Below are positions 1-10,299 of a stretch of 64,000 nucleotides of DNA, piece after piece (within the stretch, counting starts at the first letter, position 1; each line of letters begins with the position of its first letter). A program made the position numbers and the translations under genes. A model generated the notes under the pieces. The model had not been told where the DNA came from, ran no database searches, and worked only from the letters and a program-made list of their open reading frames with translations. Origin of the DNA: Eutreptiella sp. 'Long Island Sound 2002' (Eukaryota; Protista; Euglenida); assembly GCA_964036045.1 (NCBI GenBank), contig OZ038379.1, positions 18,352,001 through 18,416,000 of the forward strand. The letters run 5' to 3'.

Positions 1-1
1 C

Positions 2-589
2 AGCAACGAAACGAGAGGGAAGCGGGCTGCACCGCGACCGAAGATCTACGCCCTGCGGGGCCCCAAGACCCACGACCTGTTGGTGCAGGCCGGGCAGCCC
101 AACCACACGGTGGTGTACGGGGACCCCCTGATGCTGGTGGCCCGGCTTTTCCCGGAGTACGCGTCGCCCGAGGCCGCGCGCACGCGCGACGCGTGCTTCC
201 TGCTGCACCCGCGCTACAACCGGGTGCACGGCGCCTTCCTCAAGTACTCCAAATGGGTGATGTACGCCACCATGGGCTACGATGTGGTCATCCCGTTCCT
301 TTTGGGGTGTCGTCTGGTGGTGTCGTCCAGCCTGTCGGGGATCGTGGTGGCAGAGGCGTACGGCATTCCCACGCGGTGGCTGCACATGACGCAGGCGCAC
401 GGCAGCACGCAGCTGGCGGCGCAGTCTGTGTTCAAGTTCTGTGACTACTATGCGGCCACGGGCCGGGGCTGTGAGGACCGTGCCACAAGCCCTGACAAGG
501 CCGTCGCAATGGGGGGCAAGGCGCCGATTCAGGGTTACGACTACGAGACCCTGCTCAAATCATTCCCCTATGCTCTGTACACCGCGTAG
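2..589 (+). CDS. Polysaccharide pyruvyl transferase-like protein, copy 1 (5' end outside window)
   Basis: Frame is open from base 2 to TAG at 587-589. Motifs IYALRGPKT, VYGDP, VVSSSLSGIVVAEAYGIP and FKFCDYY match the ExoV/GumL-type PS_pyruv_trans pattern. Near-identical to 1169-1756. Confidence 0.8.
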   Translation, partial: SNETRGKRAAPRPKIYALRGPKTHDLLVQAGQPNHTVVYGDPLMLVARLFPEYASPEAARTRDACFLLHPRYNRVHGAFLKYSKWVMYATMGYDVVIPFLLGCRLVVSSSLSGIVVAEAYGIPTRWLHMTQAHGSTQLAAQSVFKFCDYYAATGRGCEDRATSPDKAVAMGGKAPIQGYDYETLLKSFPYALYTA

Positions 590-931
590 GACGAGTGCCG
601 GTGATGTACTTGGCGGGCTTTGGGCAGTGCTGCCTCTCATGGCACCAGCAAACACCAGGTGCCTGAAACCGGTGCGGTCAGGCCATGTTATGTGGGCAGT
701 GCTTGTGTTTCGGTGCAACAGTAGGCACTGCAGAGTGCAAATTCAGGACCCTAGGCCACATGGCATTCATCAAGCTAAATTTCAAAATTTCCTGATGCAC
801 CAGCAGGGGCTGCAGAGCGCAGAATTTGGAACCCTGGGCCCAAGACAAAACTTTAAAAAAATGAAGTTCAAGTTATGAACCTTGTTCTATGTGTGGGTAG
901 CAGGGTCTGATGATAGTTGAGTTGTCACCGT

Positions 932-1756
932 ATGCTGGGGTCCAACTCCTTCGGGCACCAACTTGGGCCCCTGCTCATCCAGCGCCTCCTGGGCGACGAC
1001 TCCAGCCGATTGGTCCTGCAGAATGTGCGAGGCAAGGAGCAGCGGCGCGGCCCCTGCCTGTTTGGTGTGGGGACGATTTTGGCGGATGCGCGGCCGAGGG
1101 ATGCGGTCTGGGGCTCCGGCCTCTCCCACAGTCCGCCCGCGCCTGGGCCCTGGGGCGGTCATACAGGCAGCAACGAAACGAGAGGGAAGCGGGCTGCACC
1201 GCGACCGAAGATCTACGCCCTGCGGGGCCCCAAGACCCACGACCTGTTGGTGCAGGCCGGGCAGCCCAACCACACGGTGGTGTACGGGGACCCCCTGATG
1301 CTGGTGGCCCGGCTTTTCCCGGAGTACGCGTCGCCCGAGGCCGCGCGCACGCGCGACGCGTGCTTCCTGCTGCACCCGCGCTACAACCGGGTGCACGGCG
1401 CCTTCCTCAAGTACTCCAAATGGGTGATGTACGCCACCATGGGCTACGATGTGGTCATCCCGTTCCTTTTGGGGTGTCGTCTGGTGGTGTCGTCCAGCCT
1501 GTCGGGGATCGTGGTGGCAGAGGCGTATGGCATTCCCACGCGGTGGCTGCACATGACGCAGGCGCACGGCAGCACGCAGCTGGCGGCGCAGTCTGTGTTC
1601 AAGTTCTGTGACTACTATGCGGCCACGGGCCGGGGCTGTGAGGACCGTGCCACAAGCCCTGACAAGGCCGTCGCAATGGGGGGCAAGGCGCCGATTCAGG
1701 GTTACGACTACGAGACCCTGCTCAAATCATTCCCCTATGCTCTGTACACCGCGTAG
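932..1756 (+). CDS. Polysaccharide pyruvyl transferase-like protein (ExoV/GumL-like), complete intronless copy 2
   Basis: ATG 932 to TAG 1756, about 274 aa, high GC3. The motif order NSFGHQLGP, GVGTIL, ALRGPKT, YGDP, LLHP, SSSLSG..AEAYGIP, FKFCDYY.ATGR follows the family layout. The true start is uncertain. Confidence 0.8.
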   Translation: MLGSNSFGHQLGPLLIQRLLGDDSSRLVLQNVRGKEQRRGPCLFGVGTILADARPRDAVWGSGLSHSPPAPGPWGGHTGSNETRGKRAAPRPKIYALRGPKTHDLLVQAGQPNHTVVYGDPLMLVARLFPEYASPEAARTRDACFLLHPRYNRVHGAFLKYSKWVMYATMGYDVVIPFLLGCRLVVSSSLSGIVVAEAYGIPTRWLHMTQAHGSTQLAAQSVFKFCDYYAATGRGCEDRATSPDKAVAMGGKAPIQGYDYETLLKSFPYALYTA

Positions 1757-2098
1757 GACGAGTGCCGGTGATGTACTTGGCGGGCTTTGGGCAGTGCTGC
1801 CTCTCATGGCACCAGCAAACACCAGGTGCCTGAAACCGGTGCGGTCAGGCCATGTTATGTGGGCAGTGCTTGTGTTTCGGTGCAACAGTAGGCACTGCAG
1901 AGTGCAAATTCAGGACCCTAGGCCACATGGCATTCATCAAGCTAAATTTCAAAATTTCCTGATGCACCAGCAGGGGCTGCAGAGCGCAGAATTTGGAACC
2001 CTGGGCCCAAGACAAAACTTTAAAAAAATGAAGTTCAAGTTATGAACCTTGTTCTATGTGTGGGTAGCAGGGTCTGATGATAGTTGAGTTGTCACCGT

Positions 2099-2788
2099 AT
2101 GCTGGGGTCCAACTCCTTCGGGCACCAACTTGGGCCCCTGCTCATCCAGCGCCTCCTGGGCGACGACTCCAGCCGATTGGTCCTGCAGAATGTGCGAGGC
2201 AAGGAGCAGCGGCGCGGCCCCTGCCTGTTTGGTGTGGGGACGATTTTGGCGGATGCGCGGCCGAGGGATGCGGTCTGGGGCTCCGGCCTCTCCCACAGTC
2301 CGCCCGCGCCTGGGCCCTGGGGCGGTCATACGAGCAGCAACGAAACGAGAGGGAAGCGGGCTGCACCGCGACCGAAGATCTACGCCCTGCGGGGCCCCAA
2401 GACCCACGACCTGTTGGTGCAGGCCGGGCAGCCCAACCACACGGTGGTGTACGGGGACCCCCTGATGCTGGTGGCCCGGCTTTTCCCGGAGTACGCGTCG
2501 CCCGAGGCCGCGCGCACGCGCGACGCGTGCTTCCTGCTGCACCCGCGCTACAACCGGGTGCACGGCGCCTTCCTCAAGTACTCCAAATGGGTGATGTACG
2601 CCACCATGGGCTACGATGTGGTCATCCCGTTCCTTTTGGGGTGTCGTCTGGTGGTGTCGTCCAGCCTGTCGGGGATCGTGGTGGCAGAGGCGTATGGCAT
2701 TCCCACGCGGTGGCTGCACATGACGCAGGCGCACGGCAGCACGCAGCTGGCGGCGCAGTCTGTGTTCAAGTTCTGTGACTGCGTGTGA
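2099..2788 (+). pseudogene. 3'-truncated copy 3 of the pyruvyl transferase-like gene
   Basis: Near-identical to copy 2 up to TTCTGTGACT (about 2781), then diverges to GCGTGTGA (stop) and loses about 45 C-terminal codons. Confidence 0.7.
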
Positions 2789-3109
2789 GTTGGGTGGACC
2801 GGAGGTGGACTGGAGGTGGGCTGGAGAACGATAAGAGACTTTGATGCGTGACGGAGAATGTTTCATGCACGTGATAAAAGCACCGCTGCAGCCTCCTCTA
2901 GATGGACAAGGGTGGTTTTTGAGTGCACAAGCATGCAAAACGTCGGCCTTAGCAACGCCGCGAGGAGGTCCACACTGCCAACCATGCGAAAAGGGGCACG
3001 CATGCGCCTCATATTTTGCACTGCGAATCGCAATCTGCTGCACAACAACAGAGATAGCCACCACATGAGGAGCGGGGACGCAGCCGCTGAACACTGCAAC
3101 TGCTGCTGA

Positions 3110-3260
3110 TTTTTTGGGTCTGGGTCACCTGTGAGGCCCCGGGGGTCAGTCTCGGTAGGATTTTGGGGGTCCCGTTAATTGAGCCCTTTTGGGGGGGGTC
3201 CGACCGGAGGGCTCTATCGACCCCCCCCGCCCCCGGAAACGAAAACCCGGCCATCTTATT
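3110..3260. mobile_element. Fragment of the dispersed MITE family also at 21361-21678 and 54345-54670
   Basis: ggggtcagtctcggtag.attttgggg...aattg.gccc matches 54554-54600. gggtctgggtcacct is the reverse complement of aggtgacccagaccc at about 21422. Confidence 0.65.
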
Positions 3261-3267
3261 TTTTAGC

Positions 3268-3386
3268 ATAAAAAAAAAGATTTCGCGCTAAAAAAAAAGA
3301 TTCCGCGCTAAAAAAAAAAGATTGCGCGCTAAAAAAAAAGATTCCGTTCTAAAAAAAAAGATTGCGCGCTAAAAAAAAAGATTTTT
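3268..3386 (+). repeat. About 20-bp tandem repeat TAAAAAAAAAGATT(G/T)CGCGC, about 6 units
   Basis: Read directly from the sequence. Confidence 0.85.
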
Positions 3387-3699
3387 ACATGATCATCATG
3401 TATGTCCCAAAAAGTTGCACGGGGGGGTTACAAGGAGTGCTACTGCATCAAGCCAACCCCTGCCCATGTTCACAACTTCATACAGTAGGGGAACCTGGGT
3501 TTCGGGACTGACCCAATATGCACCCAGTGGCCCTCTTTCCTTGTTGCCTGCTCCATGCGGTGAGGAGGTACCCTATGCAGGGATGTCATGAATGTGGAAG
3601 GTTTTGGGTGCATTACGCAGAACTTGTGTTTCACAACAGGGGTGTCCCTTTGGAGCTGGGGGGCCTATGCAGAGAGTTCATCGGAGAGGATCACAGGTA

Positions 3700-4610
3700 C
3701 AACCCCCCCCCCGTTCCGGTCACCCGAATTGCCGGAACGTGCCGGAACGTTTTGCCGGAACGTTGTGATTCTGTGAGGCTCAATGTTTTTCAGTGAAAAC
3801 GCTTGCTGCTACTGTCAACCGTTGTCGTCCACTTTGCCAGTAACACTTTTGTTCCTCCATCCACTGGCAGAGATGTTGAATTTCGCGGTCGGAAAGAATT
3901 GGCTGCCCATGCCCTGACTGCATTAACCTTTCCTATCACCAGTTGTGTTGCAGAGTCATCGTTTCGTGCTATGAAAGGCCTGTTGACTCCTGATTGACGA
4001 TTTATGGCCGAGGACACTCAAAATGGGGTATTTGTATGCAATGTTCAATGGTGATATCAATAAGCGCTTTCATGAGTGGGCATTTGTCTGAGATGTGAAG
4101 TGCAGCGAGTGATGTTTTGATGCGAGTCTACACTTGTGTGCATTTGTTGGCCTGTTGCCACCTTTCTTTCAGCCTTGTTTCTGCATGAAAAAAAAAGGAT
4201 AGCTTTGGATGCAGATCAGAGCCAAGTGACAAAAAGTGCAAAAAACTTCGGTGGGTGGCAGAGCCAAGTGACAAAAAGTGCAAAAAACTTCGGTGGGTGG
4301 TTGGTGGGGCTTGAACCCACGTTTGCCAACCTGTAGACCAGTGCATATACCACTAGACCAGTGGCAGATTCTGACATGCTACTGATCAGGAACCATGTAG
4401 AGACCGAGAGATGAAATTTTTTTTTTGCAAATTGAGGGATGCTTTGGGTTTCCACATTACTCCAACTACAGAACAACCAAAAGGAAGGTGTGTTTGCGCC
4501 CTGGGACTGAGATCCTGGGCACCGGGAACCTCTTTTGCTGAAAAAACGGCTCGCCGGAACGTTGCGCCGGAACGTTGGGTTTTTCTCGCCGGAACGGGGG
4601 GGGGGGGTTG
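3700..4610 (+). mobile_element. Non-autonomous hAT-derived DNA transposon (911 bp) retaining a hAT C-terminal dimerisation remnant
   Basis: TIRs CAAC(C)nGTTCCGG and CCGGAAC(G)nGTTG. Flanking direct repeat CAGGTA at 3694-3699 and 4611-4616. Subterminal GCCGGAACGTT repeats. Internal ELAAHALTALTFPITSCVAESSFRAMKGLLTPD*RFMAEDTQN (about 3896-4045) resembles Dimer_Tnp_hAT. Confidence 0.85.
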
Positions 4611-5399
4611 CAGGTAATGTCTGAATGTTGTAAAGTAGGGTACTCAGCCACCGTGGCCAGAGCCCATGTGCACAATTTCATCTGCTCAGAGAACAGGGGT
4701 TTCCCTTCGCTGGGGGACCTATGCAGAGAGGTCATTTGAACGGATCATAGGTAATGCTTGGATTTTGTGAAGTAGGGCACTCAACCATGTTGGCCAGAGC
4801 CCAGGGGCACAATTTCAAGTCTCAGCGGAACCGACGTCTCAAGATCGAGGAAGGGACTACATGCTGGTAGCTGGAACAAATGTCTCACTCCTACCCCCCT
4901 GCCCCCCTTTCCTTCCCCCCCCCCCCCTTGTCGTTCCCCACCCCTTGTCGTTCCCCGGGGGGGGCTGGGGGACCGTCACTTGGTCAACCCAAAATTTTTC
5001 GTTACGGCTCATTGTGTTGTTGTGTGGGTGACTGTGTTGTGGGGTACTGCCACTTGTATCCTTTGTACTCATGGCAGGACATTTTGCTCACTTTCGCTGA
5101 ATGGAACTTGACAGCACAGCCATGTTTCTCCCTGGGACAAATGTGATGTTCATCCGCTCTGCGGGGGAACCTGTTTTGGCACAGGTCGTTGGACGCAGTT
5201 TTGGGAACAAGTTGTATTTTACAAGGGACATTCCCGAAGGGAAATAGGTTCCCAAAAATCTGCTTGCGCCTGCCAAGCGGGTCTGTAGTAAAACCTAGTA
5301 AACGTTTTTTCAAAAAAAATTTTACTAGGTACCCCCCCCCCCCTCCCATGCCTAGGAACCACCTTGCGCAAGAACCGCCCCCTGGTTCCACGGTCGAAT

Positions 5400-7010
5400 T
5401 TTCCACATCACCTTCTTTTTCCAGGGTAATGGGTTTTTGATGGTTCTGGTGGATGTAGGACAGCTATTCAGGTGTGCAGGACAACAACGCCCCCCCCCCC
5501 TCCCCCCATGCCAATGGACCCCCCATGCCAATGCCGCCCCCCCGTCTCGAAAGAAGAAACATGGCCCCCCTAGCTACCCCCTCTCGAAGGAAGAAACATC
5601 CCCCCCCCCCCCGAGATTTTTTCACCAAATCGCACAAAATTGCCCTTTTTTGCCTAGTTTCCTGAGTGTGCAATGGCATGTGATGGGCACCATCCTTGGT
5701 GTCATGTGTTTGGTTTTCAATGTAGATTTTCATTTCTCAAAATGTTACAAGTCCCCTATGGAGCAGACTGAGATTGTCTGGTAGGTCATGCCTGCATTTT
5801 GTAAAGCCGAGTACTTGGCCATGTTGGCCAGAGCCCATGTGCACAATTGCATGTTTCCGGGGAACCAAGGTCTCGGGTTTGAGGAAGGGACTACATCCAG
5901 CCAGGTTGTTTCTGCTCATTTCTTCTGGAGTGCATTGTGCCACCCAGCTGCCCCTGCTTTGCTGCAGCATTTGACAGCCATAGTGATCAACTTCTAGGAG
6001 CTTTGCAACGCAGAGTGATCCAGCCAGGTTCACAGTGCTGAAATTTTTTCAAGCAGGCGTGGGGCCACAGATTTCAGCATGTTTCGCTCAGGTCAAAGTG
6101 CCGTGATTCATTCTGTCATTCAGCCAATTGCAGTTGCATGGGATTCATGTCTATTTGAAAACATTATTATTGCGCACTTCACGGAGCTGAATTTTTTCAA
6201 GCAGGCCTGGGGCCACCACTTTCAGCTCTGTTGTGTGCCTGGTTTCCACAATGCTTCCCTGATCAGTGCCACATCTGGACCCAGTGGTATGTTGCGATCC
6301 AATGCAGGCCACGCTCGTCAGCTTCATTGACTGCCACATAAAGTATATGGTGCTGAAAAATTTTGAACCAGGCCTGGGGTCATTTCCACATCACCTTCTT
6401 TTTCCAGGGTAATGGGTTTTTGATGGTTCTGGTGGATGTAGGACAGCTATTCAGGTGTGCAGGACAACAACGCCCCCCCCCCCCCCATGCCAATGGACCC
6501 CCCATGCCAATGGACCCGCCATGCCAATGCCCCCCCCCCCGTCTCGAAAGAAGAAACATGGCCCCCCTGGCTACCCCCTCTCGAAGGAAGAAACATCCCC
6601 CCCCCCCCGAGATTTTTTCACCAAATCGCACAAAATTGCCCTTTTTTGCCTAGTTTCCTGAGTGTGCAATGGCATGTGATGGGCACCATCCTTGGTGTCA
6701 TGTGTTTGGTTTTCAATGTAGATTTTCATTTCTCAAAATGTTACAAGTCCCCTATGGAGCAGACTGAGATTGTCTGGTAGGTCATGCCTGCATTTTGTAA
6801 AGCCGAGTACTTGGCCATGTTGGCCAGAGCCCATGTGCACAATTGCATGTTTCCGGGGAACCAAGGTCTCGGGTTTGAGGAAGGGACTACATCCAGCCAG
6901 GTTGTTTCTGCTCATTTCTTCTGGAGTGCATTGTGCCACCCAGCTGCCCCTGCTTTGCTGCAGCATTTGACAGCCATAGTGATCAACTTCTGGGAGCTTT
7001 GCAACGCAGA
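5400..7010 (+). repeat. About 620-bp direct duplication (5400-6014 and 6383-7010)
   Basis: Near-identical blocks from ttccacatcacc to gcaacgcaga, differing mainly in the poly-C minisatellite part. Confidence 0.9.
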
Positions 7011-7980
7011 TTGTGTGTGGTCAGTACATGGAAGAAGAATGACAGTGATCCCCACTGTTTGCCTGTCCACACAAGCAGTGTGTCGTGGTTGCTGAGTGGG
7101 GACCTCTTTTCAGACGCGGAGTGATCCAGCCAGGTTTTTTCTGCTCATTTCTTCTGCACTGCAAAGTGCCACCCACCTTCCTGTACATTGCTGCAGTGTC
7201 TAACAGCCATAGTCATCAACTCCTGGGACATTTGCATCCCAACACATCCGTTCCTGCATTGTATGCTCACTTTCTGGAGCTTTGGCAGTCTGCCCAGTCA
7301 GTCCCCAGTTCCAGATTCCTTGCTCAGATTTTGTTTACAGGGAGGTTTTTTCACAGTTTTTTTTTGCGCATTTCTTCTGCAGTGCATTGTGCCACCCACG
7401 TGCCTGTGCTGCAGTGTCTGCCAGCCATAGTGATCAACTCCTGAGAACCCTGCATTCAACACATCCGTTCCTGCATTATATGCTCATTTTTTGCAGCCTT
7501 TGTTGTCTGCCCAGTCAGTCCCAACGTTCAGATTGCTTGCTCAAACTTTGTTTAGAGGCATTATTCGGCGCACAAAGCCGAGTGGCATTGCCTCGTAGAG
7601 CTGGTTTTCAACCACTACTCAGTGGGTGCACAATTTTGCCCATAATTTCATGCTCAAGTTTTGCTCGTTTCAAATATCTTGAGGTGCACACAGGGAGGGA
7701 TGCTGCTTCTGTATTTGTTTGGCATTTCCAAAAATCCACGGCATTTTAGCCCTTCTCCACAAGGAAGGTGTCTTGTGCATCAGTTGCACAGTGGCATGTC
7801 CCGACGCCATCAAGTGGGTTACATCATCTTCACGTAATGTACTGTTTACTGCAAAAGCACGTTCTGCAAGTGCTCAGCCATCTGCTCCGGTCTTGTTGGC
7901 ATTCTTTACCGTTCTTTGCTTTGTGCCTTGTTTTGCAGGGTTCGCCTCAGGAATGTGGATGATTCGTCCGGTGGGGTGCC

Positions 7981-8777
7981 CCTAGGGGGGAGCCTTAAGC
8001 GCAGTGCGCGTGCAGTGCGCGCGCATTGCGCGCGCAGTGCAACTATTTGGGCGTCCGGCCGTACTAGAGACCCATACTTTGAGATACTAGGGGCCCCTAG
8101 GGGCATCATGGTGACCTCTAGCAGAGGTTTTGACTTCTGATTCTGTCCCCCTTTGTTTGGGTGTGCCAAAGGTGATTGAGCAGATCTTGCGGTTCGGCAA
8201 GGGTAACCACTTACCAAGGGATGAAGAAAGTGTAATCATCCAGGATGGGCTTGATGGTCAACCATTCTCTGAAGGCGGCAGTAAAGCGCCAACACTGCAG
8301 CCTGCGATTGACCATTTGCGCCGTGAGAAAAGAGAGAGAGAGACCAAGAAACAAGCAAAACATGTGCAGCAGTTCCTAGAAAAGCGGCAACGCACACTAG
8401 ATGCTTTTTGTGTTGCTGCGCCCCCTCGGGCCGATGTGGCTTCGTCTAGCTCCAATCCCCTTCAACCCTCTCAGTCCTCGCAACCCCCCGTGGCTACACA
8501 ATCTCAACCCCAATCCGATTCTAACCGCAAGGGAAAGGAGAGAGCCCCTTCCTCACAACCGAAACCACACATGTGGCAGTGGGGCATCGTAAGGAACATG
8601 TGTGTGTTATGTTAAGGGAAGGTAGTTTGCAACTTTCTTGAGCTGGGGCAGTTTGGGTCACCTAATTCTAAGGGCGTTTCCAAGGGGTGTGCTTGGGGGC
8701 TCTTCGGGGGGAACATAGTCTAAAAGTAGCGCGCAGTGCGCGTGCAGTGCGCGCGCAGTGCAAAGATTCCCCCTAGG
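7981..8777 (+). mobile_element. TIR-bounded element with internal orphan ORF (8130-8615)
   Basis: Ends CCTAGGGGGGAGCCTT and AAGATTCCCCCTAGG are inverted. GCGCAGTGCGCGTGCAGTGCGCGCGCA subterminal repeats occur at both ends (about 8000 and about 8730). Confidence 0.7.
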
Positions 8778-8829
8778 ACCTCCTGCACCGGAACCTGTCC
8801 GGCTCCTAGCGTGCGTGTTTATTGCGCCA

Positions 8830-9260
8830 GCCACAACACGTGAACATACTGCAGGTACATACTAGTGAGGCGCACTGTCCCGGGACCAGCATTGATGAGA
8901 GTACTTCCCTTGCCCAAGAGACACGTGCGGGGCCCCACGGCGCCCGCACGGCTGTCTGCTCAAGGCGCATCAGATCTTTCTCCCCCATTGCAACCAGCTC
9001 CACGCCGTACATGGCCTTCGCAAGGGCCAACATACCAATGGCCAGCTCCCGCATGTGGAAGGTTTGTAGGCATCCCACGCGCTGGAGGATCGCCCGTCCC
9101 CACTCAAAGCGTGCGTCCCCACTCAAAGCGTGCGTCCCCACTCAAAGCGTGCATGGAGCAGTGGGCCTATCCCGTGCTCGGCGTCGAGGCGGATTCCCAC
9201 GCCCAACTGTTTGAACTCCTGCGCGAGCTGAATGGCTGCACCGTGGAAGAATAACGACCC
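8830..9260 (-). mobile_element. Non-LTR retrotransposon (LINE) RT thumb remnant
   Basis: Minus strand reads EFKQLGVGIRL...(frameshift)...ILQRVGCL..AMYGVELVAMGEKDLMRLEQTAVRAPWG. These resemble the K(Y)LGV and YG.E motifs of LINE RT C-termini. The frame is disrupted by a 19-bp triplication at 9095-9152. Confidence 0.65.
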
Positions 9261-9584
9261 TCATTGGAGATGCCTATATGACAGGGTCGTCTTGAAAACA
9301 AGATGCAAAAGGGTGCATTTTGGACACCAAAGTGGCCATAAAACTGGCTAGACGCCTTGAAATCACACGGAACTTGGTTCACGTGAGGCTCATTTGTTGT
9401 GCGGTTGTTTAGAGCTATTTAGTCATGGTGTTCCCACAAAGAGTTTTCACTGCCTACTACTTGCTGCTGCTACTCACTGCTGACTTGGTTGCTACTACTG
9501 TGGCTAAAATACATTTCTCGCCTGGACCCTAAAATGGGTTGTAAAACCTCCACTGGGAGAGACATTGCTCAATAACCCCTTTTG

Positions 9585-10150
9585 CTTATAGTGTCAACCC
9601 CTTGCTTATGCCCAAGACCCTTTTGCTTGTGGTGCCAACCCCTTGCTTACACCTGACCCCTTTGTTCATGGTACCAACCCTTTGCTTATGCCAAAGACAC
9701 CTTCCCTTTACTTATCCACAAGACCCCTTTGCGTCGGGTACCAACCTCTTGCTTATGCACAAGACGCCTTTGCTGATGGTGCCAACCCCTTGCTTATACG
9801 GAGGCCCCGTCAGGAAACTTGGGAGCCATAGAGCAAAAAAAAGTTGCGCCCTAGGCTGGTTTGCTGATGGTGCCAACCGCTTACTGATGGCCAATCCCTA
9901 TTTGCTCATGGTGTTCGCCTCTCGCCTGTGCCTAAGACCCCATTGCTTATGGTGTCAGCACCTTGCTTATGCCCAAGACCCCATTGCTTGTGGTGCCAAC
10001 CCATTGCTATTGCCCAAGACCCCATCGCTCGTTATGTCAGGTCCTTGTTTATGCACAAGATTTGTTTGCTTATGGTGCCAAGTTCTTGCTTATGCCCAAG
10101 AACCCCCATTTTTACTGGTACCGGCCCCTTGCTTGTGCCCAATACCCCTT
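9585..10150 (+). repeat. Degenerate tandem repeat of about 40 bp (CCTTGCTTATGCCCAAGACCCC.TTGCT..TGGTGCCAAC)
   Basis: The cttgcttatg and ggtgccaacc motifs recur at about 40-bp spacing. Confidence 0.8.
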
Positions 10151-10299
10151 GGCTGCATTGCACATCTGTGCTTGGAACTTGGTACAAGTTATCTGGTGGT
10201 ATCGACACAAGTAGGTTGGAGTAAAGGTTGCACATCGCGTTGCAATTTTTCCGGTTCGGATTTCGCCCACTTGGTTTGTGGAGTGCATTCCCACATTTG

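Larger units (their letters stand above)
1..2781 (+). repeat. 1167-bp tandem gene repeat (about 2.4 units visible)
   Basis: ORF starts at 917 and 2084 and stops at 589 and 1756 are offset by 1167. Only a few differences seen, e.g. tac/tat at 359 vs 1526 and caggc/cgagc near 1164 vs 2331. Confidence 0.95.

Noticed and set aside
887-3094. 226-aa and 346-aa minus-strand ORFs
   Set aside because: They are antisense shadows of the GC3-rich pyruvyl transferase frame.
7600-7900. Second hAT dimerisation remnant (DFWK, AERAF) on the minus strand
   Set aside because: The two motifs are in different frames and in the wrong order, and no TIRs are evident.
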